This document shows positions 50,124 through 61,422 of a DNA stretch of 64,000 bases, in pieces. The position numbers and the translations under genes were made by a program. Origin of the DNA: Armatimonadota bacterium. Its GTDB lineage: Bacteria > Armatimonadota > UBA5829 > DTLH01. The notes beneath the pieces are model-generated. The model was not told where the DNA came from. It saw only the letters and a program-made list of their open reading frames with translations, and did not search any database. The stretch lies in contig JBDKUN010000022.1 of NCBI GenBank assembly GCA_039679675.1, positions 11,403 to 75,402 of the forward strand, given 5' to 3'. Numbering within the stretch: the stretch's first letter is position 1; every line of letters starts with the position of its first letter.

Positions 50124-50681
50124 ATGAATCTAGATTTTCTTCTTACACCTGACGAGCCGTGGATTATGAGCTTTGGCGGTGATTTTGAGGATATTGTAGA
50201 AAATATCAGGTTATTGCAAGCCCAGAATCCTGGTCTTAAGATGGTTGTCCTTGAGGGGAAATCTATGAGGACGAAGGATGAGCTTTTCGATGAACTAACT
50301 GAAAAACTCAAGTTTCCTGACTATTTCGGGCGGAACTTTGATGCCCTTGATGACTGTATAACTGATCTTGCTTGGTTGGAATTCGATTCTATAGTGCTTG
50401 TGATAAAGGACAGTAAAGACGTGCTTAACAAAGCTCATATCAGCAGAATATCCAAGTTACTTCGCCGCGGAAAAGTCCCCGCAGAAGTATTGGCCACAGA
50501 TAATCTATCAATATTTCTTGATTCCCTCTGCTCAGCTGGTATCGAGTGGAGCCAGCCAGTCGAATCGGGAAACTGGTGGGATCGTCTACCTGTTCCGTTC
50601 CATACTATTCTGGTACAAAAAGAGATCAGTATAATCAAATACCACGGAACCCGTCAGGAGATTCCTGTAATTGGTGCATAA
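50124..50681 (+). CDS. Barstar-family protein
   Basis: LKFPDYFGRNFDALDDCITDLAWL. Confidence 0.88.
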   Translation: MNLDFLLTPDEPWIMSFGGDFEDIVENIRLLQAQNPGLKMVVLEGKSMRTKDELFDELTEKLKFPDYFGRNFDALDDCITDLAWLEFDSIVLVIKDSKDVLNKAHISRISKLLRRGKVPAEVLATDNLSIFLDSLCSAGIEWSQPVESGNWWDRLPVPFHTILVQKEISIIKYHGTRQEIPVIGA

Positions 50682-50693
50682 TTAGGAGTATAT

Positions 50694-50734
50694 CCGCTGA
50701 TAGACCGAGGAAACCATACCTCGGCCCATCAGCG
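50694..50734. repeat. GATAGACCGAGG-type REP hairpin
   Basis: CGCTGATAGACCGAGG..CCTCGGCCCATCAGCG. Confidence 0.75.
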
Positions 50735-50758
50735 AGATTTGAAAGGCAGCCGAATTTA

Positions 50759-51181
50759 ATGTCGTCAGAATATATCGTTATTGATACACAAGAAGCAATG
50801 GATAGATTCTTATGGCTCGTAGATAGCTTCCATGATGCCTTACTTAGGGAAGTTGGTATAGTCTCACGAGGCTATGTCGATACTGATGGAGATATGTATG
50901 GTGATGTTGCCCCAAGTGATATGAGATTGATAATCCATTCGCAATTTGAGGAAACACCATATATCGAGATAATATTCAGAGAGCTTAAAGAATTCAAATG
51001 GATCGATGGCTATGATCTGGAGCCAGCAAAAGGTTCTGTTGCAAATGATCTCGTGACACTTGTCTTTAGTTCAAATCCTAAGAATTTTTTAGTTTCAGGG
51101 AAACAGATGGAATACAGGATATTAGGCCGTGATTGCTTGGGCAAGCAACCTCGCACAGTTGAGCAGATTCAATCAGAATGA
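50759..51181 (+). CDS. Hypothetical protein, possibly Imm50-like immunity protein
   Basis: ATG 50759; SFHDALLREV motif; acidic; AT-rich. Confidence 0.6.
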   Translation: MSSEYIVIDTQEAMDRFLWLVDSFHDALLREVGIVSRGYVDTDGDMYGDVAPSDMRLIIHSQFEETPYIEIIFRELKEFKWIDGYDLEPAKGSVANDLVTLVFSSNPKNFLVSGKQMEYRILGRDCLGKQPRTVEQIQSE

Positions 51182-51199
51182 AAAAGCCGGAGAATTACT

Positions 51200-51290
51200 G
51201 ACCGGGGAACCATGCCTCGGTCTATGGATTGGTTAAGGGCATGGATGCCCTGGAGAATAAGGCCCGGGGGCATGGATCCCCCGAGCCATC
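51200..51290. repeat. REPIN-like composite repeat, copy 2
   Basis: Direct repeat of 47837-47927. Confidence 0.9.
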
Positions 51291-51303
51291 AATTTACCTC
51301 AAA

Positions 51304-52938
<1,635 letters not shown>

Positions 52939-52968
52939 TCACTCCTTTGCTTATTTCGGATTTCGGGA

Positions 52969-53256
52969 CTATTCGCGGACAGCGAAGATAGAGTCCTGAT
53001 CGAGGATGATGTAGTCCTCATTGTCAACGGTGACTTCGGTCCCGCCGTACTTGGCGAAAATGACCTTCTGACCTTCTTTGACGTTCATCGGAGCCCTGCT
53101 GCCGTCATCAAGCACGCGGCCTGGTCCGACTGCAACGACCACACCTTCCTGCGGCTTCTTCTTAGCCGTATCGGGAAGGAAAATCCCTCCTGGGCTCTTC
53201 TCCTCACCTTCAGTCGCCTTAACGACTACCTTGTCCCCAAGCGGTCTAATGGCCAA
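52969..53256 (-). CDS. groES: Co-chaperonin GroES
   Basis: [27 protein letters not shown]. Confidence 0.98.
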   Translation of the reverse strand: MAIRPLGDKVVVKATEGEEKSPGGIFLPDTAKKKPQEGVVVAVGPGRVLDDGSRAPMNVKEGQKVIFAKYGGTEVTVDNEDYIILDQDSIFAVRE

Positions 53257-53322
53257 TTTTACTCCACCTCCTGTTTAATTAAATAGTATATAGGCTTTTA
53301 CAAGCCCAACTGAAACATAAAT

Positions 53323-53349
53323 TTAGCACTCCAATCTCTAGAGTGCTAA
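53323..53349. promoter_or_regulatory. CIRCE element (HrcA operator)
   Basis: Exact TTAGCACTC-N9-GAGTGCTAA upstream of groES. Confidence 0.97.
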
Positions 53350-53352
53350 AGC

Positions 53353-53382
53353 ATTTTAGATTACGTACGATGAGGTTGTCAA
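53353..53382 (-). promoter_or_regulatory. Sigma-70 promoter of groESL
   Basis: TTGACA-18nt-TAAAAT directly before CIRCE. Confidence 0.75.
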
Positions 53383-53520
53383 TAGGCAGATGAGGATTTT
53401 GGGGATGTGGGGTGGATGGTCCCGGTTTTTCAGGTCCGGGACCAAGCCGAAGCATTCCAATATCAGCGTAAAAACTCGCGCCGATACATAAAATCCGAAA
53501 TGGGTTCAGTGGAATACCAG

Positions 53521-53706
53521 TTATTCTACTGAATCATTATCGCGGCCAATCCTACAGGCAATGCATATAGAGAGTCCCAGTATCGCTCCACCGAGAGAGC
53601 CTATTATGATACCCTGCCACATATGCGGCATATTCCGACCTAAGGCAGCAGCAATTCCATATAGGATGCTACCGAAGATCACCAATGCATATCTTCTAAA
53701 TCTCAA
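53521..53706 (-). CDS. Small two-TM membrane protein
   Basis: GGAGGAG before TTG; Gly-rich hydrophobic helices. Confidence 0.55.
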   Translation of the reverse strand: MRFRRYALVIFGSILYGIAAALGRNMPHMWQGIIIGSLGGAILGLSICIACRIGRDNDSVE

Positions 53707-53739
53707 TATCTTCTACTCCTCCACTCACACGGATTTTCT

Positions 53740-53888
53740 ATGCTTCAGCGCGATTTTTGCGCAGAAGCCCCCACTTTCGACGTCCACGGTCTGAATGTGC
53801 TGTGACTACCATCCGTCTACACTGTCTACCACTACAGGGACTGTCCCACTGGATTAGCTTCGGCGCCAAAGGCTCGCGCCGAAGCATT
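53740..53888. repeat. GCTTCGGCGC..GCGCCGAAGC-type palindromes
   Basis: Copies at 53740-53768 and 53856-53888; relatives at 6245, 12296, 34873, 53461 and 55924. Confidence 0.75.
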
Positions 53889-53926
53889 TCAAACTAACGA
53901 TTTATACTTTTATCGGTTTTGTTTTA

Positions 53927-55804
53927 TTACTTGATCTTCATCCCCTCAGCCGTTGCCTCTTTGATCAGTTCCTTCTCCCTGTCAGGAGAATATATGGGAA
54001 AAGCTGCATCAAACGAAAACTTTACCGGCTCCTTACCGCCATGAATCTCAACTGTGTATGTGTGCCTCTCAAGTCCATCATAATCCTGTTTCGTATCCTC
54101 GACCAGCTTCATATATAGCTTGGATATATCCACTTCAGGTCTGGATTCAGCGGGGAGTGAATTGAAGAGTTTCTTGAGCTGTTCAGTGTTGAGGTTTGCT
54201 ATGTCCGCCAAATATATACCGGAACCATAAGCCGTGTTCAGCTCATCCACACTCATTGCAGCCAGTATGTTAAGCAAAACCTTCTGGTTATCAAACAGAG
54301 AAGATTTAGCCGACTCAAATCCATGTAAATCCTTAATAAAATGAATCCAGTCCAATTCTTGCCCGTTCGTCAATCTCCACATTGCCAGGAAATCATAAAG
54401 CTCAAGGCCCGAATTATCTGCTTTGTTCAGCCAGTCTGTAAACGATGCTTTTGGAACCAGATTGTTATACCTGTCAGCCCAACTCCAGGCTTTAAGATCG
54501 ATCAGCTTGTTTTCCTCATTGATATACCATTTGAATACACGCTTGACGTCTGACGACCACTTTACATCTACCAGAGACTTCTTTCCGGTAAAGATATCTT
54601 TATAGGTATAAGAATAAACATCCTGATGATCCTGATAATCATCAGCAAGGATGCTGTAACCGGTCGTTTTCGATACCTCAGTCAAAACATCAGCAAGTGT
54701 AACAGTCTCTTTGACAGGTTTCTTGAACTCGTATTTTGTTTCAGGCTTCAGTAAGTTGTTGGATGCATCCGTCATGTATTTCATCTCGTGCATGGGCTGG
54801 TCTGTATGTTTTGGATATACCGGTTTTTCAGACGATTTTGATGTTGATTGCGGGTCTGAATCTTTAGGGGTCGAGGACTGTTCCAGCGCTAAAGTAAAAG
54901 AAGTTAAATCCCCAAGAAATCCCGTAGAGAAAAAAGGTCCGGCAGATACTGTAGAATCGAGCGATATCCCATTGGTTGAGTTCAGCTTGAACATTATTTG
55001 CGCCTGCTCCAGGTCTGGCGTTTCTGGTTCAGGTAACGCAGCTCTATCAGATGATGGTATGGGCTTCATTAGTACATAATTTCTGTCTTCAGCGGCACGT
55101 GCAGCAACTATCTCCCTCTTTTGAAGAATGTAGTCTCGTACCATCTTCCCGACATCGCCACCTTGATTGGCACTTAACGCAACCTCTTCACCGTTCATGA
55201 GCTTGGCCATTCCCTCTTCTCCGAGGGACTTAACCAACCTGCTGTATGAAACAATTTCGTCGTATCCCAGCCGTTGTGAATCCGGTCCATATGAACTACA
55301 GCATCCCGGGCTTTTCTGGGTAATCTGCTGATACAGCTTTTCAACATCCTCAGCAGAGAGGGAACCCATCCAGTCATACAGCTTCCATTTGTATAACTCA
55401 CACTGGATTCTATAACTTTCCTCTTTGTCGTTAGCCTTGCCCAATATCTCCTGGTATATCTTCGGACGGTAGAACCTGTAGAGCACCTCGCCGTCTACAT
55501 CGGTCTTCTTCAGCGCCAGAAAATATGCATCAGTCATCATATTAAGGAGTTTGCCGACTTCTATATCGTTGATGCACATCACGACAGGCATGTCCCGCAC
55601 CTGCCAGTCATTACGGGATATACCTGCGGCTATTTTGATGCCGGATAGCTTGCTGATCTCAGCCACAGCATCGCTTAAGCGGACATATCCGCTGTAGTAG
55701 GTGATTTTCTTGCTTAGTCTTGCGTCACTTTTCTCGGCTGCATAGCTTCCGGTTAGCATGCAAGCCATCAGCAACAGCATAATGAGCGATATTCTTCTGT
55801 TCAT
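53927..55804 (-). CDS. Large secreted hypothetical protein with STN-like segments
   Basis: AGGAGGAG RBS; signal peptide; VRLSDAVAEISKLSG and VTLADVLTEVSKTTG. Confidence 0.8.
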   Translation of the reverse strand: MNRRISLIMLLLMACMLTGSYAAEKSDARLSKKITYYSGYVRLSDAVAEISKLSGIKIAAGISRNDWQVRDMPVVMCINDIEVGKLLNMMTDAYFLALKKTDVDGEVLYRFYRPKIYQEILGKANDKEESYRIQCELYKWKLYDWMGSLSAEDVEKLYQQITQKSPGCCSSYGPDSQRLGYDEIVSYSRLVKSLGEEGMAKLMNGEEVALSANQGGDVGKMVRDYILQKREIVAARAAEDRNYVLMKPIPSSDRAALPEPETPDLEQAQIMFKLNSTNGISLDSTVSAGPFFSTGFLGDLTSFTLALEQSSTPKDSDPQSTSKSSEKPVYPKHTDQPMHEMKYMTDASNNLLKPETKYEFKKPVKETVTLADVLTEVSKTTGYSILADDYQDHQDVYSYTYKDIFTGKKSLVDVKWSSDVKRVFKWYINEENKLIDLKAWSWADRYNNLVPKASFTDWLNKADNSGLELYDFLAMWRLTNGQELDWIHFIKDLHGFESAKSSLFDNQKVLLNILAAMSVDELNTAYGSGIYLADIANLNTEQLKKLFNSLPAESRPEVDISKLYMKLVEDTKQDYDGLERHTYTVEIHGGKEPVKFSFDAAFPIYSPDREKELIKEATAEGMKIK

Positions 55805-55835
55805 AGTTCTCCTCCTGAGGAAAATTTGGCATTGG

Positions 55836-55901
55836 CATAAAAAAAGCCCGAAAGCACTACCTTACTCTGCAAAACATAAGTTGCATCCCATGGTACTGCT
55901 T
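55836..55901 (-). repeat. Hairpin/U-tract element, copy 3 (5'-truncated)
   Basis: 64 of 66 nt identical to 57115-57180. Confidence 0.9.
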
Positions 55902-56001
55902 GTATGTGCATATCCATAAGATTAGCTTCAGCGCAAAAAGCTCGCACCGAAGATTCCAATCACATGCTATGCTCCTTTCTTTGAACCATCCTTATCAGTT
56001 C

Positions 56002-57093
56002 CTATTTCGTTATGGTGGGAAGTTTCACTTTCACTATTCTAATCTTCGATCCGTCTGCGTAAGCAATCATCTTCCCATCTGGCGACCAAGAAAACGGACA
56101 ACCGAATACTGGTTGTGCTCCTTCCCATCCAGAGGATATCATCACCACCGTTCTGTGTTTGCTCGATTTCAGATCATGCAGAATCAGTTCATCAGATTTG
56201 CCCTCACCTGGCAATTGGAGATAAGCTAGTAGTCTTCCACTAGGTGACGTTCTGGGAAAAGCTAAACCTCGGTGCGGCGAACTGGCGAGGATCTTGTCCT
56301 GGCGCAGGGAATATGAGGTGCTATTCCAGAGATAACATCCACCGTCCTCATATGTGTGTCCCAGCATCCAGGCTGCCAAGTAAAACTCTGGCTTATTCGG
56401 ATTGCCAAGCGAACCGCAGAGCGTCACGTTGGAAATGACAGGATGAGCCAAACCCTTCAAAGGCGGTACGTTCAGGTTCCGAGCCTTCTTCGTGACAAGA
56501 GAAAGGGCCCGCACATACACTTCGTTGTCCGGTGGCAGTGCGGCGCTAAACAACAGCGTGCGAGAAGCGGTGTCATAGTAGACATCATCAGGCGCAGACC
56601 ATGGTCCACTATCTCCCGTACCCTGAAAGCCGCGAAAACTCTGGCTCACCAGCGGCTCCGGTTTGTTATTGGCCATGCTTATCTGCATAAACACGAAAGA
56701 AGATGCTCGTGACGCTGCCCATCCGACTCGGTTGCTATCCAGCCAGAACAGCGATACAGGAATACCCTGTTTGCGTGTTAGTGTGATCAGACGCGCGACC
56801 TTCTCTATCTGCCCATACTGCGATATTGATGCTACCCAAATGCTCGCACGTAGCAGCCCAATGTCGGTATCGTCTTTGTAGCTTGCAGCAACGAAGGCGA
56901 TATGGTCACCTTTTGGCGACCATGCAACTGAGTACACACTGTGGTTTCTTAACACGCTCCATGGGTCGGTTGTCTTGCTCTCGGGTTTAGTCTGTGCGCA
57001 AGAGGCTACTGATAACGTCCCAAAAACAAGCAAACAGCAAAAGGTGACAACCTTGAGCTTGCTGAGTAGTCTTATCCCCAATGATTCATACAT
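56002..57093 (-). CDS. Exported TolB/PD40-like beta-propeller protein
   Basis: WSPKGDHIAF, SPSGRLLAY, WSPDGKMIAY; hydrophobic N-terminal stretch; start uncertain. Confidence 0.75.
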   Translation of the reverse strand: MYESLGIRLLSKLKVVTFCCLLVFGTLSVASCAQTKPESKTTDPWSVLRNHSVYSVAWSPKGDHIAFVAASYKDDTDIGLLRASIWVASISQYGQIEKVARLITLTRKQGIPVSLFWLDSNRVGWAASRASSFVFMQISMANNKPEPLVSQSFRGFQGTGDSGPWSAPDDVYYDTASRTLLFSAALPPDNEVYVRALSLVTKKARNLNVPPLKGLAHPVISNVTLCGSLGNPNKPEFYLAAWMLGHTYEDGGCYLWNSTSYSLRQDKILASSPHRGLAFPRTSPSGRLLAYLQLPGEGKSDELILHDLKSSKHRTVVMISSGWEGAQPVFGCPFSWSPDGKMIAYADGSKIRIVKVKLPTITK

Positions 57094-57115
57094 GCGATCA
57101 CGTCTCTTTCTATAC

Positions 57116-57187
57116 ATAAAAAAAGCCCGAAGGCACTACCTTACTCTGCAAAACATAAGTTGCAGCCCATGGTACTGCTTCCGGGCT
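57116..57187 (-). promoter_or_regulatory. Promoter-proximal hairpin/U-tract element, copy 2
   Basis: AGCCCGGAAGCAGTACC..GGTAGTGCCTTCGGGCT followed by a T-run. Confidence 0.72.
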
Positions 57188-57194
57188 CGATTGT

Positions 57195-57223
57195 AATATA
57201 TACCGCTGCTGCTTGGCTGTCAA
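57195..57223 (-). promoter_or_regulatory. Sigma-70 promoter
   Basis: TTGACA-17nt-TATATT, 7 nt before the hairpin. Confidence 0.7.
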
Positions 57224-57298
57224 TAATAGGGCTTGAAAATGCTCAGGTTGCGGTAAACTGTGATGCAATCATTCCCGATTATGAGGAGGACACGCCTG

Positions 57299-58396
57299 TT
57301 GAAAAAGGTATACATCGCAGCAACACGGCAGAATGACGGCAAAACCATCACATGCCTTGGCCTCATTTCCGCGTTCAAAAAACGCTTCGCGAATGTCGGT
57401 TACATAAAGCCGGTGGGGCAGCGGTACATAGAGATAGATGGGCACAAGATAGATGAGGATGCACTTTTGGTCAATGAAGTCTTTGGTATCGACGGAGACA
57501 TCCGGGACATGTCGCCGGTTGCCGTACCCCACGGGTTTACCGAGTCATATATCGAAAATCCCAACCGCGAAGCCCTCGTCACGGCCATCATGGATGCTTT
57601 CGGCCGAATCTCCGCAGGTATGGACGCTGTTTTAGTTGAAGGAACAGGCCATGCGGGAGTGGGATCGGTCTTCGACATGTCGAACGGCGATGTCACGAAG
57701 ATGCTCGGCACGAAGGTAGTGCTCGTTTCGGCGGGCGGCATCGGAAGGCCGATAGACGAAATAATGCTGAACAAGGCCATGTTCGACCGGTTCGAGGTGA
57801 AAATCATCGGCGCAATCATAAACAAGGTTCAGCCGGATAAATACGAGAAAGTGAACCGCGTCGTGCGCGATGGGCTGGCGCGGAAGGGCATCGAAACGCT
57901 CGGTGTTATGCCGTACAGGCCGGTGCTCTCGAACCCAACCATCGGACAGCTATTGAATGACATCGACGGCGAGTTGCTGTCCGGCAAATCCGGGCTTGAG
58001 AACTCCGTCTCCCGTATGATCATCGGCGCTATGCCGACACACGAAGCCCTGGACTATCTCAGCCCGAACGGGCTGCTGATAACACCGGGCACGAGAGAAG
58101 ACCTCATACTCGCCGCGATGAGTTCGTGCGTTGTCGGGTTGAGCGCGGCCCACTGTGTTTCGGGGATTGTCCTGACCGGAGGGACTGCGCCGCATCACAA
58201 CATCATGGAACTCATTAAGCGGACTCGAATACCGGTGATCCTGGTCGAAGAGGATACATTTACTGTGGCAACAAAGATCGACAAGCTGATCGTGAAAATT
58301 CGGTCTGGCGACACGGAGAAAATACAGGTCTCGGAGCAATTGATCGAGGAATTTGTGGATGTAAATCGGCTGATCGATATGCTGGACGAAGAATAA
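57299..58396 (+). CDS. Phosphotransacetylase N-terminal-like protein (AAA_26 plus DRTGG)
   Basis: DGKT, GYIKPVG, LVEGTGH, ITPGTREDL, IVLTGG; no Pta catalytic domain. Confidence 0.85.
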   Translation: MKKVYIAATRQNDGKTITCLGLISAFKKRFANVGYIKPVGQRYIEIDGHKIDEDALLVNEVFGIDGDIRDMSPVAVPHGFTESYIENPNREALVTAIMDAFGRISAGMDAVLVEGTGHAGVGSVFDMSNGDVTKMLGTKVVLVSAGGIGRPIDEIMLNKAMFDRFEVKIIGAIINKVQPDKYEKVNRVVRDGLARKGIETLGVMPYRPVLSNPTIGQLLNDIDGELLSGKSGLENSVSRMIIGAMPTHEALDYLSPNGLLITPGTREDLILAAMSSCVVGLSAAHCVSGIVLTGGTAPHHNIMELIKRTRIPVILVEEDTFTVATKIDKLIVKIRSGDTEKIQVSEQLIEEFVDVNRLIDMLDEE

Positions 58397-58428
58397 GCTG
58401 CATTTTTAGCGCACTTTTGTTCGTCAGC

Positions 58429-58457
58429 TTGACACATCATTAGCGCTGCGATAAGAT
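58429..58457 (+). promoter_or_regulatory. Sigma-70 promoter
   Basis: TTGACA-17nt-TAAGAT. Confidence 0.65.
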
Positions 58458-58486
58458 TTATCGTTGGGAATCTTTGAGGAGTGCTT

Positions 58487-59332
58487 ATGAAACTATCGGT
58501 TATAACAGACGAAATTTCTATGGATTTCGCGCATGCGCTGGACGTCATGCGCAAGTACAATGCAAACGGCGCCGAACTGAGGTCGCTGTGGGGCAAAAGC
58601 GTCGTCGACATGGATGACGATGATATTAACGAGGCTCTTGCTATCCTGCACGATAAGGGTGCTGTAGTATCGTGCATCGCATCCCCGCTTTACAAATGCG
58701 ATCTGCATACGGATGTAACAGTTGAGAGCGGAAATACCCATCAGGCTCGTGCGCGTGTCAACGCAGAACAACTGGCTCTACTGGACCACTGCATAAAACT
58801 CGCGGACAAGTTCGACACCAGGCTAGTCAGGGTCTTTTCCTTCTGGAAAAAAGGTGAGTTGACCCCGGAAATCGAGGACCAGATAGCTGAAGAGCTTTCG
58901 CAGGCAGCCGAGGTAGCCAAACGCGAGGGTATTACGCTGGTACTCGAGAACGAACACGCCTGCTACCTCGGATCGGGAAAAGACACTGCCAGGATGCTGA
59001 AAAGGATCGATTCTCCTAGCCTGCGGGCAATCTGGGACCCAGGAAATGCTTACTGTACCGGCGAAATCCCATTCCCGGACGGCTACAACGCGATAAAAGA
59101 TTTTGTCGCTCATGTCCACCTGAAAGATGCAACCGGAGCGGATGAAAAATCGTATAGGTTTATAGCTATCGGCGACGGCGAGATCGATTTTCCCGGTCAG
59201 TTAGCCGCGCTGAAGAATGACGGATATACTGGCTGGCTGTCTCTGGAGACCCATTTTTCGCTGAATGGCGACGGTGAGGCCGGCTCCACCCGCTGTCTTG
59301 CCACACTGAACTCGATGCTTGAGAATATTTAG
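58487..59332 (+). CDS. Sugar phosphate isomerase/epimerase (xylose-isomerase-like TIM barrel)
   Basis: LENEH, WDPGN, HVHLKD, GDGEIDF, LSLETH. Confidence 0.9.
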   Translation: MKLSVITDEISMDFAHALDVMRKYNANGAELRSLWGKSVVDMDDDDINEALAILHDKGAVVSCIASPLYKCDLHTDVTVESGNTHQARARVNAEQLALLDHCIKLADKFDTRLVRVFSFWKKGELTPEIEDQIAEELSQAAEVAKREGITLVLENEHACYLGSGKDTARMLKRIDSPSLRAIWDPGNAYCTGEIPFPDGYNAIKDFVAHVHLKDATGADEKSYRFIAIGDGEIDFPGQLAALKNDGYTGWLSLETHFSLNGDGEAGSTRCLATLNSMLENI

Positions 59333-59375
59333 GCAGACAGCATATTTGAAGGTTTGCTACTGGAGGAACTACTAA

Positions 59376-60914
59376 ATGTCCATCACAAAATTACGGAACA
59401 ACTCCGCCCGGTATATGAAAGTCGGGCTGTGGTTATTCGTTATTATCTTCGTCGCCAGTATTCCTTTCTGGAACTCCGGGACCGGCTCCCGCACAAATAA
59501 CAAGCTGGAGCAGAGCAATGATGTTATAGCCACGGTCAACGGCAAGGATATCAAAAACGGAGATTTTCTTGAGAGATACACCGCCCAGAAAGAGATGTAC
59601 AAGAAGGTAGGCGGGATGAATGCGATTCAGGATGCCCAGTTGAGGGGTGAAATCCTGAGCCAGCTTATAAACGAACAGATAGTAATTTCCGCTGCTGAGA
59701 AAAAGGGAATCTCTGTCGGATGGGGTGAACTCCGGCGCGAGCGCAACAAGCTTATCGATGCTCGAGTCGACCAGGAAAAACAGATAGCTGGCGGCAAGGG
59801 CAGAAAGCTGACGGACAACGAGTTCGACAGGCTTCTTCGCCAGTCCAGTCCGTCCAAAACACTCGGCCAATTCCGCAAAGAGATTGCAAATGAGCTGACC
59901 AAGGATAAAGTCCGCAATTACATAATGATTAACAAGCTGGAAGCTCAGCTCAAGTCAAGCGTCGGCAATATAGATGATCAGCGGCTGACTGATAACTTCC
60001 GCCAACTGAAGGTCAGCCATATCGTGATCCTGTCCAACAAGGCTCCTGAACAGGCCCAGAGGAAAGCCGAAGAAGTTCAGAAGAAGCTGAAAGCCGGTGA
60101 AGACTTTGCCAAGATGGCTGCACAGTTCTCCGATGATCCTACATCGAAGAGCAAAGGCGGCGACTTGGGATTCATGCCCGTTGCCGGCGATAAAGACCTG
60201 CAGGGGCTGAAGGTGGGCCAGACCAGCGGAATTATAAAGCTGCCCTACGGCTACCGGATAGTCAAAGTTGAAGACAGCAAGCTGGAGCTTCCCAAAGACT
60301 TCGATAAAAACAAGAATAAGTATCGGGATCAGTTAACATCACAGCTTCAGTCCGAAGCATTGAGAGAATTTTTCGATACGGCGCAAAAATCAGCTAAAAT
60401 CGAAGTCCGCAATCCTGAGTTCAACGGCTATTGGATCGCACGGAAGGCAATGAACTCAATGGATATGGATGAGCGGACAAAGCTGTTCAAGCAGGCGCTT
60501 CAGTCACTCGACAAAGCAACCAAGGACGAGAACAGCGACAACAGCAGCCTCCTTCCCGCATACGCCGAGAAGGTTGTAATCTACCAGATGACCGGTGAAG
60601 GCAAAAAAGCCATTGACGTTCTTGTGGACATCATGGATAACAAACAGCTTACAGATACCCCTGAGCTTAGAATGATGCTCGCTGAGCTTTACATACAAAA
60701 CGGCGAGAAAGAAAAAGCAGTACCTAACCTTAAGATAGCATCAGAGGAAGCCTACGATGCTCAGACTCACGTAAGGCTGAAATCGATGTATGAGTCGATA
60801 GGCCACCCAGAGCTTGCGGCAGTGGAAACTAAATGGATGAAAGCTAATCCTGAGTTGATGTCCAAGCTGAACAACGCATCGAAGGAAAATGCACCGATCA
60901 AACTCAAGAAGTAG
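59376..60914 (+). CDS. SurA-N plus parvulin PPIase chaperone with TPR-like C-terminus
   Basis: TM anchor, IATVNGKDI, SHIVI, GEDFAKMAAQFSDD..GGDLG. Confidence 0.88.
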   Translation: MSITKLRNNSARYMKVGLWLFVIIFVASIPFWNSGTGSRTNNKLEQSNDVIATVNGKDIKNGDFLERYTAQKEMYKKVGGMNAIQDAQLRGEILSQLINEQIVISAAEKKGISVGWGELRRERNKLIDARVDQEKQIAGGKGRKLTDNEFDRLLRQSSPSKTLGQFRKEIANELTKDKVRNYIMINKLEAQLKSSVGNIDDQRLTDNFRQLKVSHIVILSNKAPEQAQRKAEEVQKKLKAGEDFAKMAAQFSDDPTSKSKGGDLGFMPVAGDKDLQGLKVGQTSGIIKLPYGYRIVKVEDSKLELPKDFDKNKNKYRDQLTSQLQSEALREFFDTAQKSAKIEVRNPEFNGYWIARKAMNSMDMDERTKLFKQALQSLDKATKDENSDNSSLLPAYAEKVVIYQMTGEGKKAIDVLVDIMDNKQLTDTPELRMMLAELYIQNGEKEKAVPNLKIASEEAYDAQTHVRLKSMYESIGHPELAAVETKWMKANPELMSKLNNASKENAPIKLKK

Positions 60915-60946
60915 AGCTGACCGGCAATAACACATAATCGATAACG

Positions 60947-60977
60947 AGCCCGGGCTTAAACCACCCGGGCTTTTTTA
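60947..60977 (+). terminator. Intrinsic terminator
   Basis: AGCCCGGG..CCCGGGCT followed by a T-run. Confidence 0.8.
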
Positions 60978-61039
60978 TGCTCTCTCATCCATTAATGATT
61001 GACATCGCCCACATGGTGGGATAACATAATGACGTTATA

Positions 61040-61059
61040 CAATACTCCCTATAGTATTG
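61040..61059. promoter_or_regulatory. Probable CsoR/RcnR-family operator
   Basis: CAATACT-CCCTAT-AGTATTG with a C-tract, next to the regulator's RBS. Confidence 0.65.
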
Positions 61060-61067
61060 GAGGCAAT

Positions 61068-61337
61068 ATGGTGAACAGTGTAGATTCCGACATTATGAAC
61101 AGACTAAAACGTGTAGAAGGCCAGATTCGCGGGCTGCAGCGCATGTTGGAAGAAGGCAAGGACTGCACGGAAGTAGTACAGCAGCTTGCTGCCGCGCGAA
61201 AAGCGCTGGACAAGGTGGGGTTCCTTATCCTCACAAACCGGATGCAGGAATGCATAGAAAAGAAAAAGCGCGACGGCGATTATGACAGCGAAAAGGCTAT
61301 GGAAGAAGCTATGAAGCTGTTTCTGACACTGGCGTAG
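61068..61337 (+). CDS. CsoR/RcnR family transcriptional repressor
   Basis: RLKRVEGQIRGLQRM..C..VVQQLAAARKAL; GGAGG then ATG 61068. Confidence 0.92.
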   Translation: MVNSVDSDIMNRLKRVEGQIRGLQRMLEEGKDCTEVVQQLAAARKALDKVGFLILTNRMQECIEKKKRDGDYDSEKAMEEAMKLFLTLA

Positions 61338-61422
61338 CTCGATCTAAAACGGCGCCCCGCGTTTTCTCATCCCATCTCCAGGGTAATAAGACTCCAGCCA
61401 AAAGTTAAGGAGTGAAGCTAAA

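Noticed and set aside
45220..51290. Classical integron cassette array
   Set aside because: No tyrosine integrase and no RYYYAAC/GTTRRRY-bounded attC sites seen
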